Assembly: GCA_963845185.1 (NCBI GenBank)
Contig: CAWJRG010000005.1
Coordinates: forward strand, 320,001 to 384,000
Reading direction: 5' to 3'
DNA: 64,000 nt
Source of the DNA: an uncultured bacterium
GTDB taxonomy: Bacteria; Oederibacteriota; PGYV01; CAWJRG01
A program made the position numbers and the translations under genes. Every line of letters starts with the position of its first letter. Position 1 is the stretch's first letter. Below the pieces are notes generated by a model. The model ran no database searches. It had not been told where the DNA came from and saw nothing but the letters and a program-made list of their open reading frames with translations. This document shows, piece after piece, positions 30,920 through 40,502 of the stretch.

Positions 30920-32224
30920 CTATTCCTCCTTTTTTCTTGGTATTTTTTTGACTTTAACTTTCATTCCCTGTATTTCCAGTACTTCAACAATGTCCCTTGG
31001 ATTTATTGTATCGTCTGAAAACGCCTGCCAGTCTTCTCCTCCTATGTTGGCTATGCCGTCAATTGCGGAAATGGCGGTTGTTGCCACGCCCTTTGCGCCT
31101 ATAATGCTTTGCGTCCCGCTCACCACTCGCCTGGCGTGCGCCTTCAAAATCAGCATAACTACAAGCACGAAAAATACTATTGTTATCAGTACCATTGTCC
31201 CTATTAAAAAATACGACGCTGCCCATTGCTCTCCCATGCCGCGGCTGGGAAATAAAAGCAGTGAGCCTATCACAAGCGAGGTTATGCCGCCCACTGTCAA
31301 AATACCGTGCGTGGGCGCAAGCAAATCTGCGATAAATAGTATAACCGCAAGCAGGATAAGTATTATGCCCGCGATATTAATCGGCAGGCTTTCAAATCCG
31401 ATAAACGCCAGCACTATTGCAATGGCTCCTGCCACTCCCGGCAGTATGGCGCCCGGGTTTGCGAGTTCATATACAAGTCCGTAAATACCCACAAGAAAAA
31501 GCACATAGGATATGTTCGGGTCAGTAATGTAGTGCAGGAATTTATGCTTTATTGTCGGTGATATTTCCCTTAATTTATAATTTTCGGTCCTTATCACTAT
31601 TTCTCTGCCGTTAATTTTCACCTTTCTTTTATCCATTTTTTTCATTAAATCATCCATATCTTTGGCGGTATAATCAATTACTTTGCTTTTCATTGCCTCT
31701 ATTTCAGAGGAAGATATATTCTTGGTTATCGCTTCTTCCGCCCATTTTTCGTTCCTTCCGCGCATCCTTGCCAGATTTTTTATATACGCGATGGCGTCGT
31801 TTGTTATTTTCTCTGACAGGCTGTTGCCCTGGAAATCAACCGGATGCGCCGTGCCTATGTTGGTGCCTTCGGCCATTGCCGCGATATTTGATGCCATTAA
31901 AATAAAAACCCCTGCCGACGCAGCACGGGAGCCCCTTGGCGATACATAAACAGCAACTGGAATACTGCTTGAAAGCATTCTTTCAACTATCTTACGCATA
32001 GACCTGTCAAGCCCGCCGGGAGTCTGCATAACTATCACCACTCCGGCAGCTCCGTCTTTCTCAGCCAGGTCCGTCCCTTTAATTACATAATCCGCATTTG
32101 CAGCATCTATAATGCCCTCCACATGAAGGACATAAAATACCGGTTGTATTTTTTGTTCTACCGCTGCAGCCATGCAGGACAGCATGAAAATTCCCAGCAG
32201 TATTATTAAGAATATTTTTTTCAT
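30920..32224 (-). CDS. nfeD: NfeD-family membrane serine protease (long form)
   Basis: TPGG, RAASAG, IGTAHPV, TM block, C-terminal GEDWQA OB fold; adjacent to SPFH gene. Confidence 0.9.
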   Translation of the reverse strand: MKKIFLIILLGIFMLSCMAAAVEQKIQPVFYVLHVEGIIDAANADYVIKGTDLAEKDGAAGVVIVMQTPGGLDRSMRKIVERMLSSSIPVAVYVSPRGSRAASAGVFILMASNIAAMAEGTNIGTAHPVDFQGNSLSEKITNDAIAYIKNLARMRGRNEKWAEEAITKNISSSEIEAMKSKVIDYTAKDMDDLMKKMDKRKVKINGREIVIRTENYKLREISPTIKHKFLHYITDPNISYVLFLVGIYGLVYELANPGAILPGVAGAIAIVLAFIGFESLPINIAGIILILLAVILFIADLLAPTHGILTVGGITSLVIGSLLLFPSRGMGEQWAASYFLIGTMVLITIVFFVLVVMLILKAHARRVVSGTQSIIGAKGVATTAISAIDGIANIGGEDWQAFSDDTINPRDIVEVLEIQGMKVKVKKIPRKKEE

Positions 32225-32284
32225 TTTTCACCTCTGCATCATTATTCCACACGCAAATTTATTAAGCAATAATATTATCAAATG

Positions 32285-32863
32285 CTACTTTTTCAAATGC
32301 TTGCTTCCCCTTTTTGTTATCGGAATTCCGTTTTTGCACTGCTGGCAGGCATCAGGTTCGTATGCGGTCACGTCGATTTTACCGAGAAAATATGTATCCG
32401 GTACCCCGAAATCCACTTCCCCTCCGCTCCTGTTAATGAGCGCTCCAACCCCGATTATTTCGCCCTTATATTCCTTTACTTTTTCCACAAGTTCTGCAAC
32501 CGAACCTCCGGTAGTCACTATATCTTCCACTATAAGCACTTTTTCGCCTTCATCTATTGAAAAACCCCTGCGTAGGGTTAATTTTCCTTCTTCCCTCTCC
32601 ATGAAAATTCCGCGGACATTAAGCTGCCTTGCCGTCTCATAGGCAAGTATTATGCCCCCGACAGCCGCGCCTATGACAACATCGGGTTTTTTGCTTTTAA
32701 AGTGTTTTGCTATTTCTTTAGCGAGTTCCGCGGTATACTCAGGATGCTGCAATACAAGGAATTTTTCCAGGTAAATGTTGCTGTGCTTGCCCGATGTCAG
32801 CAGGAAATGACCTGCTAGCAGCGCGTTAGATTTTTTAAAAATCTCAATGACTTTTTCTTGCAT
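32285..32863 (-). CDS. pyrE: Orotate phosphoribosyltransferase
   Basis: GHFLLTSGKHS, VLIVEDIVTTGGS. Confidence 0.95.
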   Translation of the reverse strand: MQEKVIEIFKKSNALLAGHFLLTSGKHSNIYLEKFLVLQHPEYTAELAKEIAKHFKSKKPDVVIGAAVGGIILAYETARQLNVRGIFMEREEGKLTLRRGFSIDEGEKVLIVEDIVTTGGSVAELVEKVKEYKGEIIGVGALINRSGGEVDFGVPDTYFLGKIDVTAYEPDACQQCKNGIPITKRGSKHLKK

Positions 32864-33614
32864 GTTTATAACCCTCTTGTATTTGTCTTATTATCTCCAT
32901 TATGGTTCCCTGCTTATCTTCAGCCTGCAGTATTGGCCTGCCTACTACTATATAATCAGAACCGTCCCTGATAGCCTCATAAGGAGTCTTTATCCTTTTC
33001 TGGTCGTCTTTATTTATCCTGCCCATCCTTATGCCGGGCGTAACCACGATAAAATCTTTGCCTAATTCTTTTTTGATAATCCTGGTTTCCTCGGGCGAGC
33101 ACACAACGCCGTCTGCGCCTGCTTTTTTTGCCATTTTCGCGAGATGCAATACCATGTCTTTTATCGGCAAATTTATTTTAATGTATTTTTTCAGGTCTTT
33201 GTTCTCATAGCTTGTAAGCATGGTTACCGCAAGCAGCTTCGGCTTTTGAAGCTGGAGCTTGGCCGAGGCTTTTTCCAGGCCTTCTTTCGCGTATTGTATC
33301 ATTTTAGGCCCGCCAAGCGCGTGCACGTTTACCATGTTTATGCCAAGCCTGGCCGCCTCATAGCATGCGTTGTAAACCGTCTGGGGTATGTCATAAAATT
33401 TGGCGTCATAAAAAATTTTGAGGCCCTTGCGCCTTAAGGTCATTACTATTTTCGGCCCTTCTTTTGTAATAAGCTGCAATCCGACCTTGTAAAATTTCAC
33501 GTGTGGCGCCAGTTTATCTATCATGTCATAAGCTAATGCCGTATCATCCACGTCGAGCCCCAGTATGAGCTTTTCCCTCATTTCTGTATAATTCTTATTT
33601 TCCATTGCTGCCAT
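32844..33614 (-). CDS. pyrF: Orotidine-5'-phosphate decarboxylase
   Basis: KVG, DAKFYDIPQTV, VTPGIR, DDQKR, VVGRPI; SD-supported ATG at 33614. Confidence 0.95.
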   Translation of the reverse strand: MAAMENKNYTEMREKLILGLDVDDTALAYDMIDKLAPHVKFYKVGLQLITKEGPKIVMTLRRKGLKIFYDAKFYDIPQTVYNACYEAARLGINMVNVHALGGPKMIQYAKEGLEKASAKLQLQKPKLLAVTMLTSYENKDLKKYIKINLPIKDMVLHLAKMAKKAGADGVVCSPEETRIIKKELGKDFIVVTPGIRMGRINKDDQKRIKTPYEAIRDGSDYIVVGRPILQAEDKQGTIMEIIRQIQEGYKHARKSH

Positions 33615-34722
33615 TTCCAACCTCCTCGGCTATGTCTTTTGTTTCAGCCTCAAATAAATCCGGATTAACCGGCTTGCCTACAATAAAAAGCCAGGCGTAT
33701 TCGTATTTTGACTTGCCGTCCTTGCCAAGTGCCGTCATATACCGTGCGTATACGCCTTTTTTCAAAGGCTTGTCGTATGCGTAAGTCAGTTCTTTTGTCT
33801 TGCTGTCATATACGCTGCCTTCAAGTATGTCGCCGGCAGCCTTGAACTTTATGGTTGCAGTATTAAGCTCGGAGTCGTCCACAATCTTCGCCTTCAGTAC
33901 AGGCTTTGTTTCCTCTATTATTGCCCCGTCCTCGGGATATGTATTCTCGATTATAATCGGCTTTTTTTCGAGTATTTCCACGAACTGTTTCATGCTCATG
34001 CCCTGTAAAATCATGGTTCTTTTAAATGCAAACCTGTTTGTGTCTTTCGCGTCCCATGACGCGACTACGCTGAAAGCAGCCTTATAGCCTGCCTTCTTAA
34101 TAATATCAAGTATTGGCATGGAGTAGGCGCCGTAAGGATATGCGTAGGTTTCAACTTTTACTCCATAAAGTTTTTCGAGGTATGACTTGGGCTCGACTAT
34201 CTCGCTTTTTAGCCACTTAATGTAATCAGAGTCATTTTCAAACTCGTCCCTTTTCTTCCCCGGCATTAGTGTGTGCGTATTCGAATGACAGCCTATATCA
34301 AATCCTGCTTTCATCATTTCCCTCACTTCGTTCGGGCTCAGCGCGCTTTTCCCGGAAAAAACCTGATAAATATACAGTACCGGTTTGTACCCGAACTCCT
34401 GCAGTATCGGGAATGCCTTGGTATAAATATTCTTATAACCGTCATCTATCGTCAGCAAAACGGCTCTGTCAGGTATTTCCCCTTTACCGTCAATATAATC
34501 AAGAAAAGTTTTCATTGTGATTACGTTGTAACCGTTGTCTTTTAGATACTGCATCTGCTTTTTTAATGTTTCCGGTGTTATTGCAAAGGCGTCTCTCGCA
34601 TTTTTCGGCTCAAACCTGTGATAGCACAGAACATTTACGGTCTTTATATCGGCAGCAAAAATCACACCAACGGCCATGATAAATAACATCGCCGCAAGTA
34701 AAAATTTTATTGTTTGCTTCAT
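33595..34722 (-). CDS. Secreted polysaccharide deacetylase (CE4/NodB)
   Basis: Signal peptide, LCYH, LTIDDG, GCHSNTH, AYPYG. Confidence 0.88.
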   Translation of the reverse strand: MKQTIKFLLAAMLFIMAVGVIFAADIKTVNVLCYHRFEPKNARDAFAITPETLKKQMQYLKDNGYNVITMKTFLDYIDGKGEIPDRAVLLTIDDGYKNIYTKAFPILQEFGYKPVLYIYQVFSGKSALSPNEVREMMKAGFDIGCHSNTHTLMPGKKRDEFENDSDYIKWLKSEIVEPKSYLEKLYGVKVETYAYPYGAYSMPILDIIKKAGYKAAFSVVASWDAKDTNRFAFKRTMILQGMSMKQFVEILEKKPIIIENTYPEDGAIIEETKPVLKAKIVDDSELNTATIKFKAAGDILEGSVYDSKTKELTYAYDKPLKKGVYARYMTALGKDGKSKYEYAWLFIVGKPVNPDLFEAETKDIAEEVGNGSNGK

Positions 34723-35357
34723 TAATACTCCTTATCATTTTTTGTAGAGACAGGCCCCTGCGCCTGTCTCGTTGTCAGAGACGGGGACAGGGCCTTGTCT
34801 CTACTTTTTAAATATATTTTCTTCAGCCAGTTCGCTATTTTGCCAAATATTATTCCAAGAATGAATCCCGCCGCAACATCGGAAGGGTAATGCCCGCCTG
34901 TGTATATGCAGAAAAAACCCACAAATAAAACAAAAAGTACGAGTAACGGCCTTGCTTTTTTATAATCTTCCCACAATATCACCGCCATAACCGTTGCCAT
35001 AAAAGTGTGCGTTGAAGGAAAGGAATAACCGTAACCCCTGGTCTTATTCACAAGCAGGTAAGCGTCCCGTATGACAAGGTAAGGCCTCTCGCGTTTAAAA
35101 ATCCTCTTAAGAACAAACGAACTCAGTATATTAGAAATTATTATTACCCATAATGTAAATGCGGCATTAATCCTGCCTTTTAATCCGTTTCTTTTAAGTA
35201 CAAAAAATAAACCGCCAAGTACTAAAACGCATAAAAAAACATCATTGGCGCATATTTTCATTAAACCCGCGGCAAATTCGTTATGCAGTTTTATATTAAT
35301 GAATTTAAAAGCTTCCGTATCCCAGGCCAGTATAGTCTTTTCCATGCTTTCAATCAT
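34722..35357 (-). CDS. PAP2-family membrane phosphatase
   Basis: KRIFKRERP, SFPSTH, GGHYPSDV. Confidence 0.88.
   Translation of the reverse strand: MIESMEKTILAWDTEAFKFINIKLHNEFAAGLMKICANDVFLCVLVLGGLFFVLKRNGLKGRINAAFTLWVIIISNILSSFVLKRIFKRERPYLVIRDAYLLVNKTRGYGYSFPSTHTFMATVMAVILWEDYKKARPLLVLFVLFVGFFCIYTGGHYPSDVAAGFILGIIFGKIANWLKKIYLKSRDKALSPSLTTRQAQGPVSTKNDKEY
34744..34804. repeat. GTAG...CTAC REP doublet inside the PAP2 3' end
   Basis: GTAGAGACAGGCCCCTGCGCCTGTCTC...GAGACGGGGACAGGGCCTTGTCTCTAC. Confidence 0.65.
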
Positions 35358-35408
35358 GGGAGTGTATCATGTCATAAAGATACTTTATTTTCATTTGTGC
35401 AGAATTAA

Positions 35409-38400
35409 TTATTGCTGTGGTGCTATCTGCCCATTTGCTGTAAGACGGCTGAAATCATAGAAGTGCAATTTTGCCCCATCATTCTGGTATAAAATTGAAC
35501 CCGCTTCATCAAACTTGCCAATACTCGGAAAAAGGCTCTTTTCAATACTGCCGACATAAACTATGTGCAGATCTTCATCCTTCAGCATGGACGCGAAAGT
35601 ATATATGTCCGGCAGGCTGAATATAAGGTTCGCTGTCCTGTCCCTGCGGGATATTTCGTCACTCCTGCCGCTTTGCTGGCTAACCTGGTATTCCCAGCCT
35701 ACATAAGTCGGCATGCCGGTAAATATTGAAATTCTAGATACGCCGCTGTAAAGCTGCTGCCCAGGCGCTTCAAGAATCGGTTCTATCGTAGGTATGTTGC
35801 TGTTTATCCACTCGATAGCCTGGTAATCATACTTGTCGAAATCACGCGGCGATCCTCCCCTTTGAAGCAGGTTTTGAATATATTTCATTCCGTCTATCCG
35901 GGGAGGCTGCTTGAAACCGTCGCTGCATATGCTCATTTTTGTCAGGCCTCCTATAAACGGGTACATTACGCTTGGCAGCATTACGAATATAAACGCTCCC
36001 ATGAATACGTATTTTCCGATTTTATTTTTCATTATATACAGGACTGACGAAGCCAGTACAAGGACTATTAATGTGAATGTTTGAAAGTAAGGTGTACCGC
36101 TTCTGTCTTCAATAAATTTAAAAACAAAGGCGATTATCAAAAATCCGAGCGCCGTAAGCCATATATTCCGCTCGTCGTCTTTTTTTTGCGCGAAAATCTT
36201 TTTGTATTCCTCTATTATTTTGTACAGAATGTAAGGCAAGCCAACTGACAAAAATACCCATGTTACCATATAGAATTTAAACACTGTATTCATCCTGCCG
36301 TCAGCTATATAAAACACTTCGGTGCCTGTTATTATTGAAAGTGCCACGAGCAGCGAAAGAAGCGAAAACATTTCCTCTTTATCTTTTGTCTTGAAAACCT
36401 GCCATGCCAAGGTTAGCAGCATGAGGAATAAAAACCCAAAAGTGGTTTTTAAAAACATGGCAAGCCCTGCAAACACAACAATGGCTATGACGGAAACCGA
36501 GAATTTAACCGCATATTCCCGGTTGGCGAATATTTTGTCTGCCGCTTTTAAAAAATGCCTTGTGACTTTATCGGCATCAAAACTTTTTAATTTTGTAACG
36601 CCGCTAAACCTGCTTAATTCTTCAATCCCCTTTATCCATATGTTGAGCATGTAGGCAAATATCACGAAGAAAAACACCGAAAAATATTTAAACATTACAA
36701 AAAGCGACACCCATTCGGTTCTCGCGTTAACCTGCGCTACAGTTTTATAAGGTGACTGAAAATTCTTATGAAACGGCAGGAACAAAATATAGGAAACAAC
36801 TATAACCACGACAGACAAAAACAAAGAATCCATTATCAGAATGCTTGAATTTTTTATGTTTTGCGCGGAATCCCTTGATTTTTTCATGTTTGTGGCTGTC
36901 AAATAAGCAACCGCCGCAAAAATAATCACGCCAAAAAGCACCACTGGCGGAAAATTCCACGTGTTCATAGGCAGCATTGATCCCATGGTAACCGCGATTA
37001 CAAGAAAAGTGATCGCCTGTTCTTTCAAGCCTGTCCCAAGATTATTTAAAATATTGGTGGAATTATTATTCGCTTTAATCACGTTGTAAGCAAGCGCAAT
37101 AAACAGCACCGTAACAGGAATAACAATGTTGTGCGCGTGCAAATCCCCGTACAAATAGCTGAAAAAAGGCACCTCGGTTATGACCGGTGTTGGGTATATC
37201 CTCGTGGGGTTCCAGATAAACTCAAACCTGAAAAAATTGTTTAAAAACTGCTGCACATTGGCGCTGCCTGTTATGCTTTCAAAAGTGTAAACAAGCGTGT
37301 GGTAATTTCCTGCCATGGCAAGCAGGAATCCTCCGAGCAATCCGAATTTATATTTGCGGGTAATGTTATAGCACACGCTGAACGCGCCTATAAAGCAAAG
37401 CGCAAAAAGTAAAGCTAAAGACAGGTTGTATGTTATCCTCGGCATGTAACCCAGGATTTTTGACAGTGTGGCGAGCATGAGCTGTCCCCAGTAATAATAA
37501 TTCAAAGTGTATCCCGAAAGCCACGGGTCGTGAGGCGGAAATTTCACGTCGTTGAATATGGCGGAAAGGTACGCCATGCCCATTGGCTCGCCTCCGCCGT
37601 TGTATCCCTGGCCTGCTATATTATGGATATCCGGCGCCCATAACTTGATGATAACGAAAAACATGAAAGCGCCGAGGAATATTGTTTCGTTTATGAGTAT
37701 GTGCCTTGAATTTGACTTTACGTAAGCGAGCATTTCTTTCTTTTTGCCCATGTAATACGCCGCACTCGCAATGCCTGCCGCCAAAAGCAGCAGCCATAAA
37801 TTAAACTGGTAAAAATTCCATACACCAAATGAAACAAAAATCCAGTTTATAAAAGTGAATAAAAACAACCCTGAGATTTTCGAAAGCGCGTAACCTTTAT
37901 CCGGCATATTTTTAAAAATAATAAAATTAAGAGGCAGCGCTACAAACGCTATGAGCTGCACCATTAAATACCACAGGAACACCGAAATCGCAGGCAGTAT
38001 AGCGGCCACTTTGTCCCTGAAAGCCCCCATATTCGGGTTTCCGTAGCCTATTTTTCCGGCAAATTTTTTCTTTACGTTTTCGCTTCCCTCTAAAATCATG
38101 TTTTTTAAAACCGCCGTATCCATGTACTTGTCGTTTTTAAATATAAAAACATGCGGGTGGTCGTAAAGCTGGAAACTCTCGTCCGCTTTGTCATCCTTTA
38201 TATTTATGCCGAAAAGCGACGGATATACTGCCTTTTCGTAAACTCTTTTATATCCAAACTTTTCCGGTTCAGTCATCATTGTATGGTAATAAAAATAGTT
38301 TATCGGGTACCTTTCCGGTATCCTTAAATAAGTGCCGTATGCGCGCTTGTCCGCCATCATTACATAATCGGTCTTTGAAAGCTTGTCGGAAAGATCGTCA

Positions 38401-39920
38401 AGCTTCCTTGGCGAATCCGGCTCCTGCAAAGCCCACTGGGAATTCTGGTATCCTGGGGCAGGCCGGCCTTCCACGCCTGTGGGCAGGTCGTCTCCCCACA
38501 TCTCGTTTAATATTATTGTCTGCCTTGTGGCCGGCATGGGCGGGAGCGGTATAGGCTTGCCGTGCTTGTCGAGCTGCACTGGCCTGTTGTCTACCACGGG
38601 CATTGTGCCAGGAACGTGGTCGTATATCCACGTGGACGCCTGTATCCATGTATGCGAGTTGAAATACACATTCATGAAAGCCACGCCGTAAAATATGGCT
38701 CCCGCTGCCACAATAAACCTTAAAGTTGCCGCCCATTTCTTGTCTTTCACCCACCCGTAAAAATCATAAATTAATTTTGCGGTAAGAATTGCCAGAAAAG
38801 GCGTCATTGGCAGCATGTACCTGTTGAATTTTCCGTATGACTTTCCTACTATAAAAAAATATGGCACGAGCCACGCCATGATAATAAGTATTTCCATGCT
38901 TATTTTTTTGCCGCGCCTGAAGTCCGCTATAAGCATTGTCAAATAGAATAGAAAAGCAAATACCGCGGCAGTGCCGTAAGGTATGCCCATTGTGTAAAGT
39001 ATCAGGTTTTTAAAAAAGAAAAGGTAAGGGGTTGTGTTTATGTACTGCCTGTTGTAAGGGACGTCTGCTTCCCCTGTAACGAGTATCCTTTGCTGTTCGC
39101 TCTGCTGCGCCAGAAATTTGCTATGGTCCAGGATCGCGTAAGGCATGAAAAGGAAAAAAGCGATGGCTGTGCAGGCAATGGTAATGCCAAGGTTAATCCA
39201 CGACTCCTGCCTTTTCGCCTTCGCCGATGCTGTATTGCCCTTTATCGACAGTAAATATAAAATATGCCCCACCAGTATCGCAGCAACCGCAGGTAATGCC
39301 GATGTTTTTGATGCGATAGCAGCAGCATAAAAAACGCCGGCAAGTATGTAATCAAGCATTTTTCCATATTTGTAAATGCGCGCTGAAAAATACAGGGTGG
39401 CCACGACAAAAAGCGTGAGAAAGGTATCAACTGTAAAAAAATGCGCCGAGTGTATATGAAGCGGGGTAAAAGCCAGAAGCAAAGAAGCCAGCAGTGCTAT
39501 GCGGTTACCGAAAAGCAGCGCGGCAAGCATAAAAATTAAAATAATTGTACCTGCGTCGACAATCCCCGAAAATGCTCTTGCTCCCGTTATCACAGCCCTG
39601 CCCATGTCAATCCTTGAACCAAAAAGGCCCTTATTCAGAGTGTCAAGCCCGTCCCTGTATATTGAAAGCAGGTACAGCGGCAGTGACCCGTATTGCAGGC
39701 CGCTTGGTTCCTTGCCGACATGCAGTGATGCCACTGCATCGCTCACTATCCATCTCTCATCCGGATGGAACTGCCTTGTCTGGTACCAGTCCGGCTGGTA
39801 AAGCCTCATGAAAAGCGCTATAAGCATGATTATTCCCAGCCAGAAATAATGCGGGTTGGTTTTTAAAAACGCAAATACTTTGTTTGGCTTGCGCGGTTTT
39901 ATTTGTTTTCTTTTGGCCAT
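35409..39920 (-). CDS. Large membrane protein: PMT-like GT-C domain fused to DUF2298 (YYY) domain
   Basis: FHPDE, ADESF.LYDHP, PPHDPWLSGYTLNYYYWG, GDLHAH, RMNTVFKFY. Confidence 0.82.
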   Translation of the reverse strand: MAKRKQIKPRKPNKVFAFLKTNPHYFWLGIIMLIALFMRLYQPDWYQTRQFHPDERWIVSDAVASLHVGKEPSGLQYGSLPLYLLSIYRDGLDTLNKGLFGSRIDMGRAVITGARAFSGIVDAGTIILIFMLAALLFGNRIALLASLLLAFTPLHIHSAHFFTVDTFLTLFVVATLYFSARIYKYGKMLDYILAGVFYAAAIASKTSALPAVAAILVGHILYLLSIKGNTASAKAKRQESWINLGITIACTAIAFFLFMPYAILDHSKFLAQQSEQQRILVTGEADVPYNRQYINTTPYLFFFKNLILYTMGIPYGTAAVFAFLFYLTMLIADFRRGKKISMEILIIMAWLVPYFFIVGKSYGKFNRYMLPMTPFLAILTAKLIYDFYGWVKDKKWAATLRFIVAAGAIFYGVAFMNVYFNSHTWIQASTWIYDHVPGTMPVVDNRPVQLDKHGKPIPLPPMPATRQTIILNEMWGDDLPTGVEGRPAPGYQNSQWALQEPDSPRKLDDLSDKLSKTDYVMMADKRAYGTYLRIPERYPINYFYYHTMMTEPEKFGYKRVYEKAVYPSLFGINIKDDKADESFQLYDHPHVFIFKNDKYMDTAVLKNMILEGSENVKKKFAGKIGYGNPNMGAFRDKVAAILPAISVFLWYLMVQLIAFVALPLNFIIFKNMPDKGYALSKISGLFLFTFINWIFVSFGVWNFYQFNLWLLLLAAGIASAAYYMGKKKEMLAYVKSNSRHILINETIFLGAFMFFVIIKLWAPDIHNIAGQGYNGGGEPMGMAYLSAIFNDVKFPPHDPWLSGYTLNYYYWGQLMLATLSKILGYMPRITYNLSLALLFALCFIGAFSVCYNITRKYKFGLLGGFLLAMAGNYHTLVYTFESITGSANVQQFLNNFFRFEFIWNPTRIYPTPVITEVPFFSYLYGDLHAHNIVIPVTVLFIALAYNVIKANNNSTNILNNLGTGLKEQAITFLVIAVTMGSMLPMNTWNFPPVVLFGVIIFAAVAYLTATNMKKSRDSAQNIKNSSILIMDSLFLSVVVIVVSYILFLPFHKNFQSPYKTVAQVNARTEWVSLFVMFKYFSVFFFVIFAYMLNIWIKGIEELSRFSGVTKLKSFDADKVTRHFLKAADKIFANREYAVKFSVSVIAIVVFAGLAMFLKTTFGFLFLMLLTLAWQVFKTKDKEEMFSLLSLLVALSIITGTEVFYIADGRMNTVFKFYMVTWVFLSVGLPYILYKIIEEYKKIFAQKKDDERNIWLTALGFLIIAFVFKFIEDRSGTPYFQTFTLIVLVLASSVLYIMKNKIGKYVFMGAFIFVMLPSVMYPFIGGLTKMSICSDGFKQPPRIDGMKYIQNLLQRGGSPRDFDKYDYQAIEWINSNIPTIEPILEAPGQQLYSGVSRISIFTGMPTYVGWEYQVSQQSGRSDEISRRDRTANLIFSLPDIYTFASMLKDEDLHIVYVGSIEKSLFPSIGKFDEAGSILYQNDGAKLHFYDFSRLTANGQIAPQQ

Positions 39921-40056
39921 TTATCTTCTCCTGTAATGTGGTTTACCCTTCTCTCCCCCTTGACAAAGGGAAGCCGATGGGTGTTTGTCCATCCTAATAA
40001 TTTTGATTGCCCCTATTTTATCTCATATTCCCTGTAAAAACAATCAGGAAATTGGC

Positions 40057-40329
40057 TTACCCGAACTTGTAATGTTTCTTTACTGCTTTTGATATTACCC
40101 ATGTACAGGATAATCCGGAAGGAAATTCTACCAGGTCCCCTGCGCCGAATTCAACTTCCTCTTCGCTTGTTTTAACTTTTACTTTTCCTTCAAGTAAATA
40201 GCACGTCTCAGGCTCGTCATAGTACCAAGGAAAAGTAGATTCTGCTTTTTCCCAAATTGGCCATGATTTTACTCCCATTTTGTCAAGTTTTGCCTTGTCC
40301 GAATTTTTTTCAACTTTTATCTTTGCCAT
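40057..40329 (-). CDS. Cupin (DUF861/EutQ-like) protein
   Basis: WPIWEK...FPWYY..ETCYLLEG...GDLVEFPSG...KHY. Confidence 0.88.
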   Translation of the reverse strand: MAKIKVEKNSDKAKLDKMGVKSWPIWEKAESTFPWYYDEPETCYLLEGKVKVKTSEEEVEFGAGDLVEFPSGLSCTWVISKAVKKHYKFG

Positions 40330-40340
40330 AAATACCTCCC

Positions 40341-40498
40341 TTGATGATGTTTATTTTGTCAATCTACTGCTAGTCAAATAGTCCTGAGGACTATTTGACG
40401 GTTAGTCTCCGCAAATTATCATATCAAGAACTACCCACAAAATATTACAGCACTCAAGCACCCGGCCAAGTCCCGAGCTTGCTAGGGACGAGAGGTGT
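40341..40498. repeat. SD-adjacent element, copy 4 (long form; fills the pfp-cupin gap)
   Basis: TGT-T-TATTTTGT...ACAAAATA-TT-ACA, inner GTCAAATAGTCC-TGA-GGACTATTTGAC, GCACC...GTCCC...GGGAC...GGTGT; abuts CCTCCC 40335-40340. Confidence 0.8.
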
Positions 40499-40502
40499 CT
40501 CT

